DNA of 64,000 nt, from contig CBDCQM010000005.1 in NCBI GenBank assembly GCA_965220605.1, positions 93,614 to 157,613 on the forward strand. Reading direction: 5' to 3'. Positions 28,262 through 37,102 of the stretch are shown piece by piece; position 1 is the first letter of the stretch, and each line of letters starts with the position of its first letter. A model generated the notes under the pieces. It was given only the letters and a program-made list of their open reading frames with translations. It was not told the DNA's origin and made no database searches. The translations under genes and the position numbers were made by a program. This stretch comes from Dehalococcoidia bacterium (GTDB lineage Bacteria; Chloroflexota; Dehalococcoidia; Lucifugimonadales; UBA3495).

Positions 28262-29764
28262 CTACAGCCCGGTAAGTTCCACAGTCGCGACCTCGCCGGC
28301 GTCCATGTCCGCGACACGTATGGCGTGGTTGTTGGTGTCGGCGATATACATCTTGCCGTTGGCAATGCTGAGGCCGCACGGCTCCGAGAACCTGGCCTGG
28401 GCGAAGGGGCCGTCCACGTGTCCCGGGGACCCCGCTCCGGCCACGGTGAAGGCCGAACGGGTCTTCGGCAGCACCCGCTTGATCTTGTGGTTGTAGGTGT
28501 CGGCCACGTACAGGACACCCTCGTGGTGCGTGATGCCGATGGGATGCTGCATCCTGACCCGGAAATCATCCCCGTCTACGTCGCCGAACTCGAACAGCCC
28601 CAGCCCGATGATGGTACGCACCGATCCCCTGGGGTCAAGGTCGCAGTTGCGGATGGAGCTGGTCTCGCTGTCGGCGAAAAACAGCCGCTCGCCGCCGTTC
28701 CCATCGCTTCCGACGGTAATGCCGCTGGGCTGGGCCAGGGCGGAAGTCGCCAGCGGCCCGTCGGTGATCGCTTCCCGCCCACTACCGGCGTATGGGCCGA
28801 CGATGACGGTTTCCAGGTCCAGCGACCACAGCTGGTGGATGCCCGCCATGGCGATGTAGACGACCCCGTTGTGCAGCGCCACATCCCACGGAGAACTGAG
28901 GCTAGTTTCCAGGCCGTGTCGGCCCCCGGTGCGGTCGTATCCCTGCTCACCCGTGCCGGCCAGCGTCTGCACCTGCCCTGAAGCCAGGCCAACCCGTCGG
29001 ATCGCGTGGTTCTCGGTGTCGGCCACATAGAGGAAGTCGCCGTCCAATGCCATCCCCTGGGGGTGATTGAAGGCCGCCTGTTCCACTGGCCCGTCAACCA
29101 GCGCTTCCTCTCCGGTGCCAATAATCTGCCGCACCTCGCCGTCGAAGGACGAAACGATGATGCGGTTGTGGTTCGTGTCGGCGATGAACAGCCTGCCGCC
29201 CGCCTCGTCGGCCAGCACCTTGCCGGGGAAGCTCAGGGCGCTTTCCGGGCCACGCGGAGGCGTCGTGGGCAGCTGCGACCGCTGCATGATGCCGAGCTCA
29301 TCGAATTCGGCCACCATGCCGCCGATCAAAGTGTCGAACTGCTCGAAGGTCAGCTCTCCCTCGTGCTTGCCGATAACATTGCCCCTCGGGTCGATGAACA
29401 TCAGCGTTGGCCAGGCGCGGCAGGAATACTGCTGCCAGACCTGGAACTCCGCGTCATTGATGACCGGGTGCTCCAGCTCGCACCGCCGCACCGCCGCGAC
29501 GAGGCTGTCGGTCTCCTTCTCCGTCGGGAACTTGGCCGAGTGCACCCCGACCACCACCAGCTCGCTGGCGTATTTGCGCTCCAGTTTCCGCAACTGCGGA
29601 AAGATGTGCATACAGTTGACTCAACAGTATGTCCAGAAGTCGAGGATGACGATCTTGCCCTTCAGCTCCTCCATGGTCAGCGCCCTGTCGGTGTTGATCC
29701 ACTCCAGGCCGGCGGGAAACTCGGGCGCCGCCACTGTACCGGCGTATGAACGGCTCGTTGTCAT
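28262..29764 (-). CDS. thioredoxin-like/NHL-repeat protein (NHLRC2-like), predicted selenoprotein with Sec encoded by TGA at 29623-29621
   Basis: Track ORFs 29621..29812 and 28262..29611 are in the same frame. Joined, they read ...[30 protein letters not shown]..., so the TGA lies at the first Cys of the CxxC motif. A hairpin follows 18 nt downstream. GGAGG precedes the ATG at 29764. NHL repeats include [36 protein letters not shown] and [13 protein letters not shown]. Confidence 0.75.
29585..29602 (-). promoter_or_regulatory. candidate bacterial SECIS hairpin
   Basis: The RNA reads UGA + 18 nt + UUUCCGC-AGUU-GCGGAAA. This is a perfect 7-bp stem with a 4-nt loop; G is at loop position 2, 27 nt after the UGA. 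Confidence 0.6.
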
Positions 29765-29812
29765 CAGGACCTCCGGTATTCTGACCAGTATCGATTGGGA
29801 AGGCGGGGGCAC

Positions 29813-29850
29813 ATCCCCACCCCAACCCTCCCCTGAGAAGGAGGGGGAAT
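29813..29850 (+). repeat. REP-like family 1 copy
   Basis: atccccaccccaaccctcccctgagaaggagggggaat, with a CCCTCC/GGAGGG hairpin. Confidence 0.55.
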
Positions 29851-29857
29851 TGCGCGC

Positions 29858-30586
29858 TCAGCCCACAGCGGCGGGCTGCAACTGCTCGGCCAGGAACTCC
29901 CGCGTGCGGGCCCAGGCCAGCTCCGCCGACGTGCGGTGGTAGCGGGCGGGCATGTAGCGGTTCATAAAGGCGTGGTCGGCGTTGGGATAGGAGAAGAAAC
30001 GGTGCTCCTTGCCCAGGCGGGTAAGCTCGGCGTCCAGCGCGCGCATGTCGTCCTGGGACGGATTGGCGTCTATCTCCCCGAAGTGGAACAGCATCGGGCA
30101 GTTGATCCCCTCCGCCAGGTCGAAGGGCGGGACCGTTCCTGCGCCCCACGGCACCAGGATGTTGCCCCCGTAGAACGGCGCCGCGGCCTTGAAATTGGGG
30201 TTGGTACACGCTGCCAGCCACACCACCCGGCCGCCCATGCAGAACCCTGTGATCCCCAGGCGCTCCCGGTCCACGGCCGGGTGGGACTGCAGGAAATCCA
30301 CCGTTGCGTTCACGTCGGCGACGATGTCCGGGTCGCTGAGCTGGTCCCGCTTGCTTCGCCCGGTCTGCTCCACCATCTCGTCGGTGATCCGGTGGAACAG
30401 GTCGGGGGCAGCCGCAACGTAGCCCTCCCTGGCCAGGTTGTCGGCAATCTCACGGACGAACTGGTCAACTCCCGGGGCGTGGTGAATGACGACCATCGCC
30501 GGAAAGGGGCCATCCCCATCCGGCCTGCTCAGGTACGCCGTCATCTCGGCGTCACCCACAGTGAGCGTCTGCACTGATGCGGGCAT
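29858..30586 (-). CDS. dienelactone hydrolase family protein
   Basis: PAMVVIHHAPGVD...GFCMGGRV (nucleophile Cys)...ADHAF. Confidence 0.85.
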   Translation of the reverse strand: MPASVQTLTVGDAEMTAYLSRPDGDGPFPAMVVIHHAPGVDQFVREIADNLAREGYVAAAPDLFHRITDEMVEQTGRSKRDQLSDPDIVADVNATVDFLQSHPAVDRERLGITGFCMGGRVVWLAACTNPNFKAAAPFYGGNILVPWGAGTVPPFDLAEGINCPMLFHFGEIDANPSQDDMRALDAELTRLGKEHRFFSYPNADHAFMNRYMPARYHRTSAELAWARTREFLAEQLQPAAVG

Positions 30587-30610
30587 GGTTCACTCCAGTG
30601 GAAGTTGTGT

Positions 30611-31120
30611 CTACTCCACCGCCAGGGTGGCGTAGCGTACGAATATAGTCCCGACAGGCTCGGCCAGCGGGGCGTTGCCCACCAGCACCGCGATCACGTG
30701 CTCCGTGCCCGGCACCGCGCTCTCTTCGACCAGCACACGCTTGGGCGTGTTGTTGCCCGTGATCACCCAAAGGTTCCGGTCGATGTGGCCGTCCACGTAG
30801 ACCTCGCCGTAGTTGTCCACGTTGGTCTCGAACCAGATCCTGCGGCCGGCCACCTCCTCGCCCTTGACCGTCGACGGGACGGTCACTCGCAATCGGTACC
30901 ATGCGAAGGTGAAGCCGACGGAACGCCGCTCCTGGATGTCGGCGTTCTGTTCCCACCAGGAATCGTCGTAGTCGGGCAGCCGGGCGGGGCTTTCCCGCAT
31001 TTCCGCCACAAGGCCCTGGTTGGGTTCCCCAGGAACCACGCCCATGGCCACACGCCAGCCGTCGGATTTCAACACCGCCAGGTCTGCCGCCTGTTCCAGG
31101 TCCAATGACACTCTAGGCAT
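30611..31120 (-). CDS. hypothetical protein, possibly a galactose-binding-domain-like jelly roll
   Basis: GAGGAG precedes the ATG at 31120. FAWYRLRVTVPSTVKGEEVAGRRIWFETNVDNYGEVYVDG resembles GH2 N-terminal sugar-binding domains; this assignment is weak. Confidence 0.45.
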   Translation of the reverse strand: MPRVSLDLEQAADLAVLKSDGWRVAMGVVPGEPNQGLVAEMRESPARLPDYDDSWWEQNADIQERRSVGFTFAWYRLRVTVPSTVKGEEVAGRRIWFETNVDNYGEVYVDGHIDRNLWVITGNNTPKRVLVEESAVPGTEHVIAVLVGNAPLAEPVGTIFVRYATLAVE

Positions 31121-31184
31121 CAGCTTCTCCTCTTCGTAGAAGTGGCCCCTTCCGGGTTTGAAGGGGCCAGCGGGGTTCAATGAA

Positions 31185-31919
31185 TCAGGCGGTTACGGTA
31201 GCGGCCTTCAGGTGCTTGTCGAAGAATTCGATGGTCCTAGGCCATGCGGCCGCGGCGGCCTCCGGGTGGTGCCGGTCGGGGTTGTTGAAGTCCATGAAGG
31301 CGTGATTGGCGCCCTCGTAAGTGTGGAACTCGAAGGTCTTGCCCAACCGGTCCAGCTCCGCCTCCAGCTTGTCCCTGTCCTCCAGCGACGGGTTCACGTC
31401 TATGGAGCCGAAGTGGAACAGCATGGGGCAGTTGATGTTGGAAGTCATGTCGAACGGGGTCTTCTCGCCGTTGCCCCAGATGCCCATGATGTTGCCGCCG
31501 TAGAAGGGCACTGTGGCCTTGAAGATTGGGTTCGACGCGGCCATCATCCACGCGACGCGCCCGCCCATACAGAAGCCCGTGACGCCGATGCGGTCGCTGT
31601 CCACGTGCGGGTTGGCCACCAGGAAGTCCACCGCCGCATTCATGTCGGCGATGATGTCCGGGTCGTTCAGGTAGTTCAGGCGCTCCAGCCGGGGGCCGTT
31701 GAGCTGCTCGTCGGTGTAGCGGTGGAACAGGTCCGGCACCACTGCCACGTAGCCCGCCTCGGCCAGCCGGTCCGCCATCACCTTGTCGAACTCGTCCAAC
31801 CCGCCCACGTGGAAGGCGATCACCACGGCGGGGTACGGCGCCTCGCCTCCGCTGGGAACCGCCGCGTACATGTCCATCTCGGAGCCACCGACCGTTAGTT
31901 TGTCCGTAAACGAAGGCAT
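31185..31919 (-). CDS. dienelactone hydrolase family protein (paralogue)
   Basis: PAVVIAFHVGGLD...GFCMGGRV...ANHAF; the start MPSFTDKL is at 31919. Confidence 0.85.
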   Translation of the reverse strand: MPSFTDKLTVGGSEMDMYAAVPSGGEAPYPAVVIAFHVGGLDEFDKVMADRLAEAGYVAVVPDLFHRYTDEQLNGPRLERLNYLNDPDIIADMNAAVDFLVANPHVDSDRIGVTGFCMGGRVAWMMAASNPIFKATVPFYGGNIMGIWGNGEKTPFDMTSNINCPMLFHFGSIDVNPSLEDRDKLEAELDRLGKTFEFHTYEGANHAFMDFNNPDRHHPEAAAAAWPRTIEFFDKHLKAATVTA

Positions 31920-31933
31920 CTGGTTTTCTCCTT

Positions 31934-31969
31934 GTTCTTGCTGTATTCCAGGTTCTTGCTGTATTCCAG
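31934..31969. repeat. perfect 18-bp tandem duplication
   Basis: gttcttgctgtattccag occurs twice, immediately upstream of the 31919 start. Confidence 0.9.
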
Positions 31970-32006
31970 AAGGAAAGGTCAGAGTCCGGCTTTTCGACAC
32001 CACCCT

Positions 32007-32047
32007 TTCACCCCCACCCTAACTCTCCCCCGTCAAGGGGGAGGGAA
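32007..32047 (+). repeat. REP-like family 1 copy
   Basis: ttcacccccaccctaactctcccccgtcaagggggagggaat. Confidence 0.6.
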
Positions 32048-32060
32048 TAGACGAAATCGG

Positions 32061-33389
32061 CTAGATCAGCCCCTCGGCGCGCACCGCCGCCATCGTGTCG
32101 GAGAAAGCCTCAATTGTCTGATCAATATCCCCTTCGGTGTGGACGCCAGAGACCAGGATCGTCTCGCGGCCCATGATGTCCACGCCCCGGTTCTGGAGGC
32201 CGCGCTTCATGGCAGTGGTGGCAGGGGAGGCGGCCGCGGCGGCGATTTCGCGGTGGGAGATGGTGAGTATATCTGGGCCGCAGTCGGCCAGCACTACGTG
32301 GAGCATCGAGGCAATACCGTGGACGTGACCGGGGATTTCCAGACGCCCCAGGACCTCATTTAATCCCACCTTCAGGCGATCCGCCATGGCGTCTGCCCGC
32401 TCGTTGATGGGCTGGCTCGCCAGCATTTCCAGCGCCGTCGCACCGGCTGCGGCCGAAAGCGGGTTCGCATTGAAGGTCCCCGGGTGGTACACGCGCCGCA
32501 CGTTGTCCCAAGCGGGGTCGCCCCGGTGGGCAATCATGTCGATGATGTCGGCCTTGCCGCCAACAGCGCCACCGGGGAGGCCGCCGGCCACGATCTTGGC
32601 CATGGTGGTAAGGTCCGGCGAGATTCCGTAGCGTACCTGCACTCCTCCGGGGGAGGCGCGGAAGCCGGTTACGACCTCGTCGAAGATCAGCACCACCTCG
32701 TGCTGGGCGGTGAGCTCCCGGAGGCCCTTCAGATACACTGGCGTATCGAAGGGCATCTGCCCCATGTGGGCGCCCGTCGGCTCCAGGATCAGGGCGGCGA
32801 TATCGTCGTCGCGGTTCAGGGCGTCCTCAACCGCCCCCAAGTCTCCGGGGGGAACTATCACCATCGTATCCATGCTGGCATCAGGAATGCCGGGGGCGGA
32901 ACGGTCGGATCCCGCCATGGCGTAGTCGTGCCACCCGTGGAAGTGGTCCTGCAGCTTGATCACCTTGTTCTTGCCGGTGTAGGCGCGGGCCAGGCGCATC
33001 GCCATCAGCGTCGCCTCGGTGCCGGAACTGTTGAAGCGCACCTTCTCGACAGCCGGCATCAGCGCCTTGATGGCCTTCGCCCAGCGCATCTCCTCGTCGG
33101 TTGAAGCGCCCAGGTGGGTGCCGCGAAGTATTTGCTGAGATACGGCCTCGGCAATTGCGGGGTGGGAGTGGCCCAGCAGCAGCGCGCCATGGCCTGAGAC
33201 ATAGTCGACATATTCGTTTCCGTCCACATCCCACTTGCGGGGACCTTCCCCGTGGGTCATGAATAGCGGGAAGGGAGTGGCGTAGCGTGAATCATGGGTG
33301 ACCCCACCCGGAAAGACCGTGACGCTCTCCTCGTAACGCCGGGCCGAACCCGGGTGCTTCGCGATGTAGTCCTCAAGGATAGTCGGCAT
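32061..33389 (-). CDS. class III (aspartate aminotransferase family) PLP aminotransferase, GSA-aminomutase-like
   Basis: VDYVSGHGALLLGHSHP...RFNSSGTEATLMAMRLARAYTG...; the start MPTILEDY follows GGAGG. Confidence 0.85.
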   Translation of the reverse strand: MPTILEDYIAKHPGSARRYEESVTVFPGGVTHDSRYATPFPLFMTHGEGPRKWDVDGNEYVDYVSGHGALLLGHSHPAIAEAVSQQILRGTHLGASTDEEMRWAKAIKALMPAVEKVRFNSSGTEATLMAMRLARAYTGKNKVIKLQDHFHGWHDYAMAGSDRSAPGIPDASMDTMVIVPPGDLGAVEDALNRDDDIAALILEPTGAHMGQMPFDTPVYLKGLRELTAQHEVVLIFDEVVTGFRASPGGVQVRYGISPDLTTMAKIVAGGLPGGAVGGKADIIDMIAHRGDPAWDNVRRVYHPGTFNANPLSAAAGATALEMLASQPINERADAMADRLKVGLNEVLGRLEIPGHVHGIASMLHVVLADCGPDILTISHREIAAAAASPATTAMKRGLQNRGVDIMGRETILVSGVHTEGDIDQTIEAFSDTMAAVRAEGLI

Positions 33390-33610
33390 GGTGCCTCCTG
33401 CGGCAGTGACGTAAACGGCCCCCGGCCAGTACCAATCTGCGGCCATTGTATCGCGGCAGGCCCAGCTTGACCACGCCGGGCGTGCGGGCCTTTGACCTCG
33501 GTGTCAGCTCCCGGCTGACCACCTTGCGACTTGAAGGTAAAATGGAGTACGGGACTTCGATATTTGCGCGAAAGCCATTAGTCCCGAAGCGCCACGGCGG
33601 TCGAAATCGC

Positions 33611-34735
33611 ATGGCCCACATCATCCACGCCGATCTTGACGCCTTCTACGCCACCGTCGAGCAGCTGGACAACCCCGAGTTGCTCGGCAAGCCGGTGCTG
33701 GTCGGCGGACGGCCCGAGAATCGCGGCGTGGTGGCCACAGCCTCGTACGAGGCCCGTCCGTTCGGCGTGCACTCGGCCATGCCCATGCGGACCGCGGTGC
33801 GCCTCTGTCCCCAGGGCATCATCGTGCGGCCCCGCTTCAACCGCTACCGCGAAATGTCGCGGCAGGTGATGGACATACTTCGCGGCTTCACCGAAATCGT
33901 AGAACCACTGTCTCTGGACGAGGCCTACCTAGACATCAGCGAAGCAGTGAACGAGGCGGAGGGACGCTGGCCGTTGGGGGTGGCCCTGGAACTGAAGCGC
34001 CGGGTGAAGGACGAGACGGGCCTCACGGTCTCCGTCGGCGTGAGCGCCAGCAAGTATGTGTCGAAGATAGCCTCCGACCTGCAGAAGCCCGACGGGCTGG
34101 TGGTGGTGCCGCCCGGAGATGAGGCCGGGTTCCTGGCCCCGCTGGCCGTTGGCAAGCTGTGGGGCATCGGCCCGAAGACGGCGGAACGCCTGAACTCAGA
34201 GGGCATCGACACCATCGGCGACCTGGCCGCCCGGTCCCCGGAGTGGTTCACCAGGACCTTCGGCCAGCGCGCCGAGAGCGTCCGCCTGCGGTCCGTCGGT
34301 CGGGACAACGAGCCGGTGCACACGGAACGTGTAACCAAGTCGGTTTCCTCGGAGACCACCTTCCCGGACGACATCGGAGACACCGAGGAACTGCATCGAG
34401 TACTGGACGAGCTCGCAGGAGGCGTGGCCGACAGCCTGGAGCGCAAGGGCCTTCAGGGCCGTACCGTAACGGTGAAGATGCGCCTGGCGGACTTCACCAC
34501 CTTCAGCCGCCAGTCTACCCTCCAGCAACCTTCAAACGACGCTGACCCCATCCGGGAGCTCGCCTGGCGCCTGCTGGCCGCAGAGCTGACCACCGGGCGC
34601 ACTTTCCGCCTGCTGGGGGTCGGCGTGAGCAACTTCGCCGACGCGGAAGAGGAGCGGCAGCTTCCCTTGACCCTAGAGGGCGATTTCAGCGCCATCAAGC
34701 GCGACTGGTGGCTGCCGAAGACGACGACGCCCTGA
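33611..34735 (+). CDS. dinB: DNA polymerase IV
   Basis: MAHIIHADLDAFYATVEQLDNPEL.GKPV.VGG...SLDEAYLD. Confidence 0.9.
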   Translation: MAHIIHADLDAFYATVEQLDNPELLGKPVLVGGRPENRGVVATASYEARPFGVHSAMPMRTAVRLCPQGIIVRPRFNRYREMSRQVMDILRGFTEIVEPLSLDEAYLDISEAVNEAEGRWPLGVALELKRRVKDETGLTVSVGVSASKYVSKIASDLQKPDGLVVVPPGDEAGFLAPLAVGKLWGIGPKTAERLNSEGIDTIGDLAARSPEWFTRTFGQRAESVRLRSVGRDNEPVHTERVTKSVSSETTFPDDIGDTEELHRVLDELAGGVADSLERKGLQGRTVTVKMRLADFTTFSRQSTLQQPSNDADPIRELAWRLLAAELTTGRTFRLLGVGVSNFADAEEERQLPLTLEGDFSAIKRDWWLPKTTTP

Positions 34736-34759
34736 TCCTTCTCGGCCAAAGGCGACTAA

Positions 34760-34868
34760 GAAACTATCTCAGAACAGGTGAGTTGCCTTCTCGGCGTTCT
34801 CATTGCACTACCTGTTCACCCCCACCCTGACCCTCCCCCTCAAGGGGGAGGGGATTTGTAACAATCCA
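34760..34868 (+). mobile_element. MITE-like element (copy 1, right end degenerate) carrying a REP family 1 core
   Basis: GAAACTATCTCAGAACAGGTGAGTTGCCTTCTCGGCGTTCTC...ttcacccccaccctgaccctccccctcaagggggagggga. About 85% identical over about 100 bp to 54158-54266. The left flank is TAA. Confidence 0.6.
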
Positions 34869-34870
34869 GC

Positions 34871-35629
34871 TTACCGGAACAGGTCCCGCTCCCCCGTGCG
34901 GAGCAGTCGCTGGATACCGGCTCCTTCCACCGTGTCGAAGGGATAGTTGCGAATGATGGTTACCGGTATCCCCAGGGCCTTTCCGGTCACCAGCTCCGCC
35001 GCGGCGGCCAGTTCGTCCGCCACCGCGATCTGCGTCGTGTGCAGCACGTTTCCGTAGGCGTCCAGCGCGCCCACGTAGTCCAGCAGCGGGTCCAGTCCGG
35101 CCACGCCGATGGCGATGTTGGCCGCGCCGTTGCGCCACGGCCGGCCGAAGGTGTCCGACACGATGACGGCCACGTTCACGCCCAGCCTGTCCTTCACCGC
35201 CGCGCGGATTCCCTGGGAGGATGCGTCGGAATCGTCAGGCAGCAAAGCTATGGTGTTGTTGCCAGGTATGTTGGAGGCGTCGATCCCGGCGTTGGCGCAG
35301 TAGAAGCCGTGCTTGGTCTCGGCGATAATCACCCCCCGGTCCATCCGCACGATTCGCACTGCCTCCCTGAGGATCATTTCGGTGTGCCGCGGGTCACGGC
35401 GGTGGCCCTCGGTGATGGTGATGGCAAGCTGCGAGGGCTCAATCCCCTCGAAGCTCATTACCTTGCCCTCGACCTTGGACACGACCTTCTGGGTAACCAC
35501 CAGGATGTCGCCTTCTTCGATGGGTGTACCCTGGGCGGCGGCGGCATCCATCATCAGCCCGGCCAGGTCGTCTCCGGGGCCAAGCTCCGGCATTCCCTCA
35601 ACGCCGATAATGCGAACTTCCGGCGGCAT
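34871..35629 (-). CDS. cofE: coenzyme F420-0:L-glutamate ligase
   Basis: ILVVTQKVVSKVEG...ANAGIDASN...SDTFGRPWR.G..N.AIG. Confidence 0.85.
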   Translation of the reverse strand: MPPEVRIIGVEGMPELGPGDDLAGLMMDAAAAQGTPIEEGDILVVTQKVVSKVEGKVMSFEGIEPSQLAITITEGHRRDPRHTEMILREAVRIVRMDRGVIIAETKHGFYCANAGIDASNIPGNNTIALLPDDSDASSQGIRAAVKDRLGVNVAVIVSDTFGRPWRNGAANIAIGVAGLDPLLDYVGALDAYGNVLHTTQIAVADELAAAAELVTGKALGIPVTIIRNYPFDTVEGAGIQRLLRTGERDLFR

Positions 35630-35841
35630 AATGAATCACCTCCGAATCGACGGAGCCGGCAAGGACTCTGTCCAAGTTTACGATGTTGGGCCGCAAGTTT
35701 AGTGGCAATCCTACGATAACACAATCGGTTGAGCCTCAATTCTTTGCCTTCTTTGCAAGGCGAACAGACGCCAGGGGTGAGACGGAGCCCTGTGCTAAAA
35801 TCGTTGAGTACCCGAGGGACGCCTCGACTCTGCCAGAAAGG

Positions 35842-36438
35842 GTGACGCCAGTGTCAACTTCGACTTCCGGGGAATACCGGAAACGGGTCTATACCAAGTT
35901 CGGAGACAAGGGAGAGACCAGCCTGCTCTATGGCGGGCGCATCTCCAAGAACAACCCCCACACCGAGGCCTACGGCATCACCGACGAGGCAGTGTCGGCC
36001 ATGGGCCTGGCCCGCGCCATGTCGAGCGATGACAGGGTGAAAGAGTTACTACGAAACCTGCAGAGCGAGCTATTTACGGTCGCAGCCGAGTTGGCCACCG
36101 ACCCCGACAAGTATGACCTTTTCCAGCAGCACTTCTCCCCGGTCACACCGGAAATGGTGGAGAATCTGGAGAACGCCATCGACTCACTGGAGCAGGACAT
36201 GACCATGCCCACGGTCTTCATCCTGCCCGGCGGCTCCCCCGCCTCGGCGGCGATGGACCTGGCCCGTTGCATCATACGGACGGCCGAGCGTCGCGTGGTG
36301 GCCATGGGCGAGGCCGGCCTGCTCACCAACGGGCTGCTGGTGTCCTATCTCAACCGCCTGGGGGACCTTCTCTTCGTGGTCGCCCGCTACGAGGACCGGG
36401 ACCTGCCCATCGAGCGGGCCACCGGGCAGCGGACTTAG
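35842..36438 (+). CDS. PduO-type ATP:cob(I)alamin adenosyltransferase
   Basis: VYTKFGDKGETSLLYGGRISKNNPHTEAYGITDE. The GTG start is chosen; there is no nearby ATG. Confidence 0.8.
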   Translation: MTPVSTSTSGEYRKRVYTKFGDKGETSLLYGGRISKNNPHTEAYGITDEAVSAMGLARAMSSDDRVKELLRNLQSELFTVAAELATDPDKYDLFQQHFSPVTPEMVENLENAIDSLEQDMTMPTVFILPGGSPASAAMDLARCIIRTAERRVVAMGEAGLLTNGLLVSYLNRLGDLLFVVARYEDRDLPIERATGQRT

Positions 36439-36448
36439 GCCGCCCGCC

Positions 36449-37090
36449 ATGAAGCTGGTCGTCGTCGACTACGAATCAGGAAACCTTCGCAGCGTATCCC
36501 GGGCGCTCGAGACCTGCGGCGTGTCGCCGCTGGTAACCGGAGATCCCGCCGACCTGGATGACGCCGACGCCCTCGTCCTGCCCGGCGTGGGCGCGGGGCC
36601 GGCCGCCATGGCCGCTCTCAACCAGCGCGGACTGGTTGGACCGCTCCGTGAATTCGCCGAAAGCGGACGCCCATTCCTCGGCATCTGCCTGGGCCTCCAG
36701 TTGCTTCTTGACTGGACCGACGAGGAGCCTGGAGCGCCCTGCCTCGGCATCGTTCCGGGAAGCGTCACACGCCTTCCCGATACGGGAAACGGGGCCTTCC
36801 TGAAAATCCCCCACATGGGCTGGAACAGCGTAGCCCTGGCTGGAGAGCATCAAGCCTTGGAAGGCATCGATTCCGGCAGCTACTTCTACTTCGTTCACAG
36901 CTACTATGCCCAGCCGGCCCGTCCCGACGGTGTACTGGGGACCACCGAGTACGGTCTAGCCTTCTGCAGCGTTTACGCCAGGGGCAACGTGGTAGCCACC
37001 CAGTTCCACCCGGAGAAGAGCGGGCCAGTCGGCCTTCGCATCTACCGCAACTTCGTGGCGATGGCCGCTGGGGTCGCCGCGGTCGGCTGA
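36449..37090 (+). CDS. hisH: imidazole glycerol phosphate synthase glutaminase subunit
   Basis: VVDYESGNLRSV...LPGVGA...GICLGLQLL...HSY. Confidence 0.9.
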   Translation: MKLVVVDYESGNLRSVSRALETCGVSPLVTGDPADLDDADALVLPGVGAGPAAMAALNQRGLVGPLREFAESGRPFLGICLGLQLLLDWTDEEPGAPCLGIVPGSVTRLPDTGNGAFLKIPHMGWNSVALAGEHQALEGIDSGSYFYFVHSYYAQPARPDGVLGTTEYGLAFCSVYARGNVVATQFHPEKSGPVGLRIYRNFVAMAAGVAAVG

Positions 37091-37102
37091 GGAAATCGGT
37101 CC

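Noticed and set aside
31934-31969. Tandem repeat considered as a minimal CRISPR or other array.
   Set aside because: There are only two directly abutting 18-bp units with no spacers. No CRISPR-like arrays occur anywhere in the window.
35630-35841. Possible cobalamin riboswitch ahead of the PduO-type adenosyltransferase gene.
   Set aside because: No recognisable B12-box or conserved core by eye. The long ORF extension (from 35683) looks like non-coding sequence read through.
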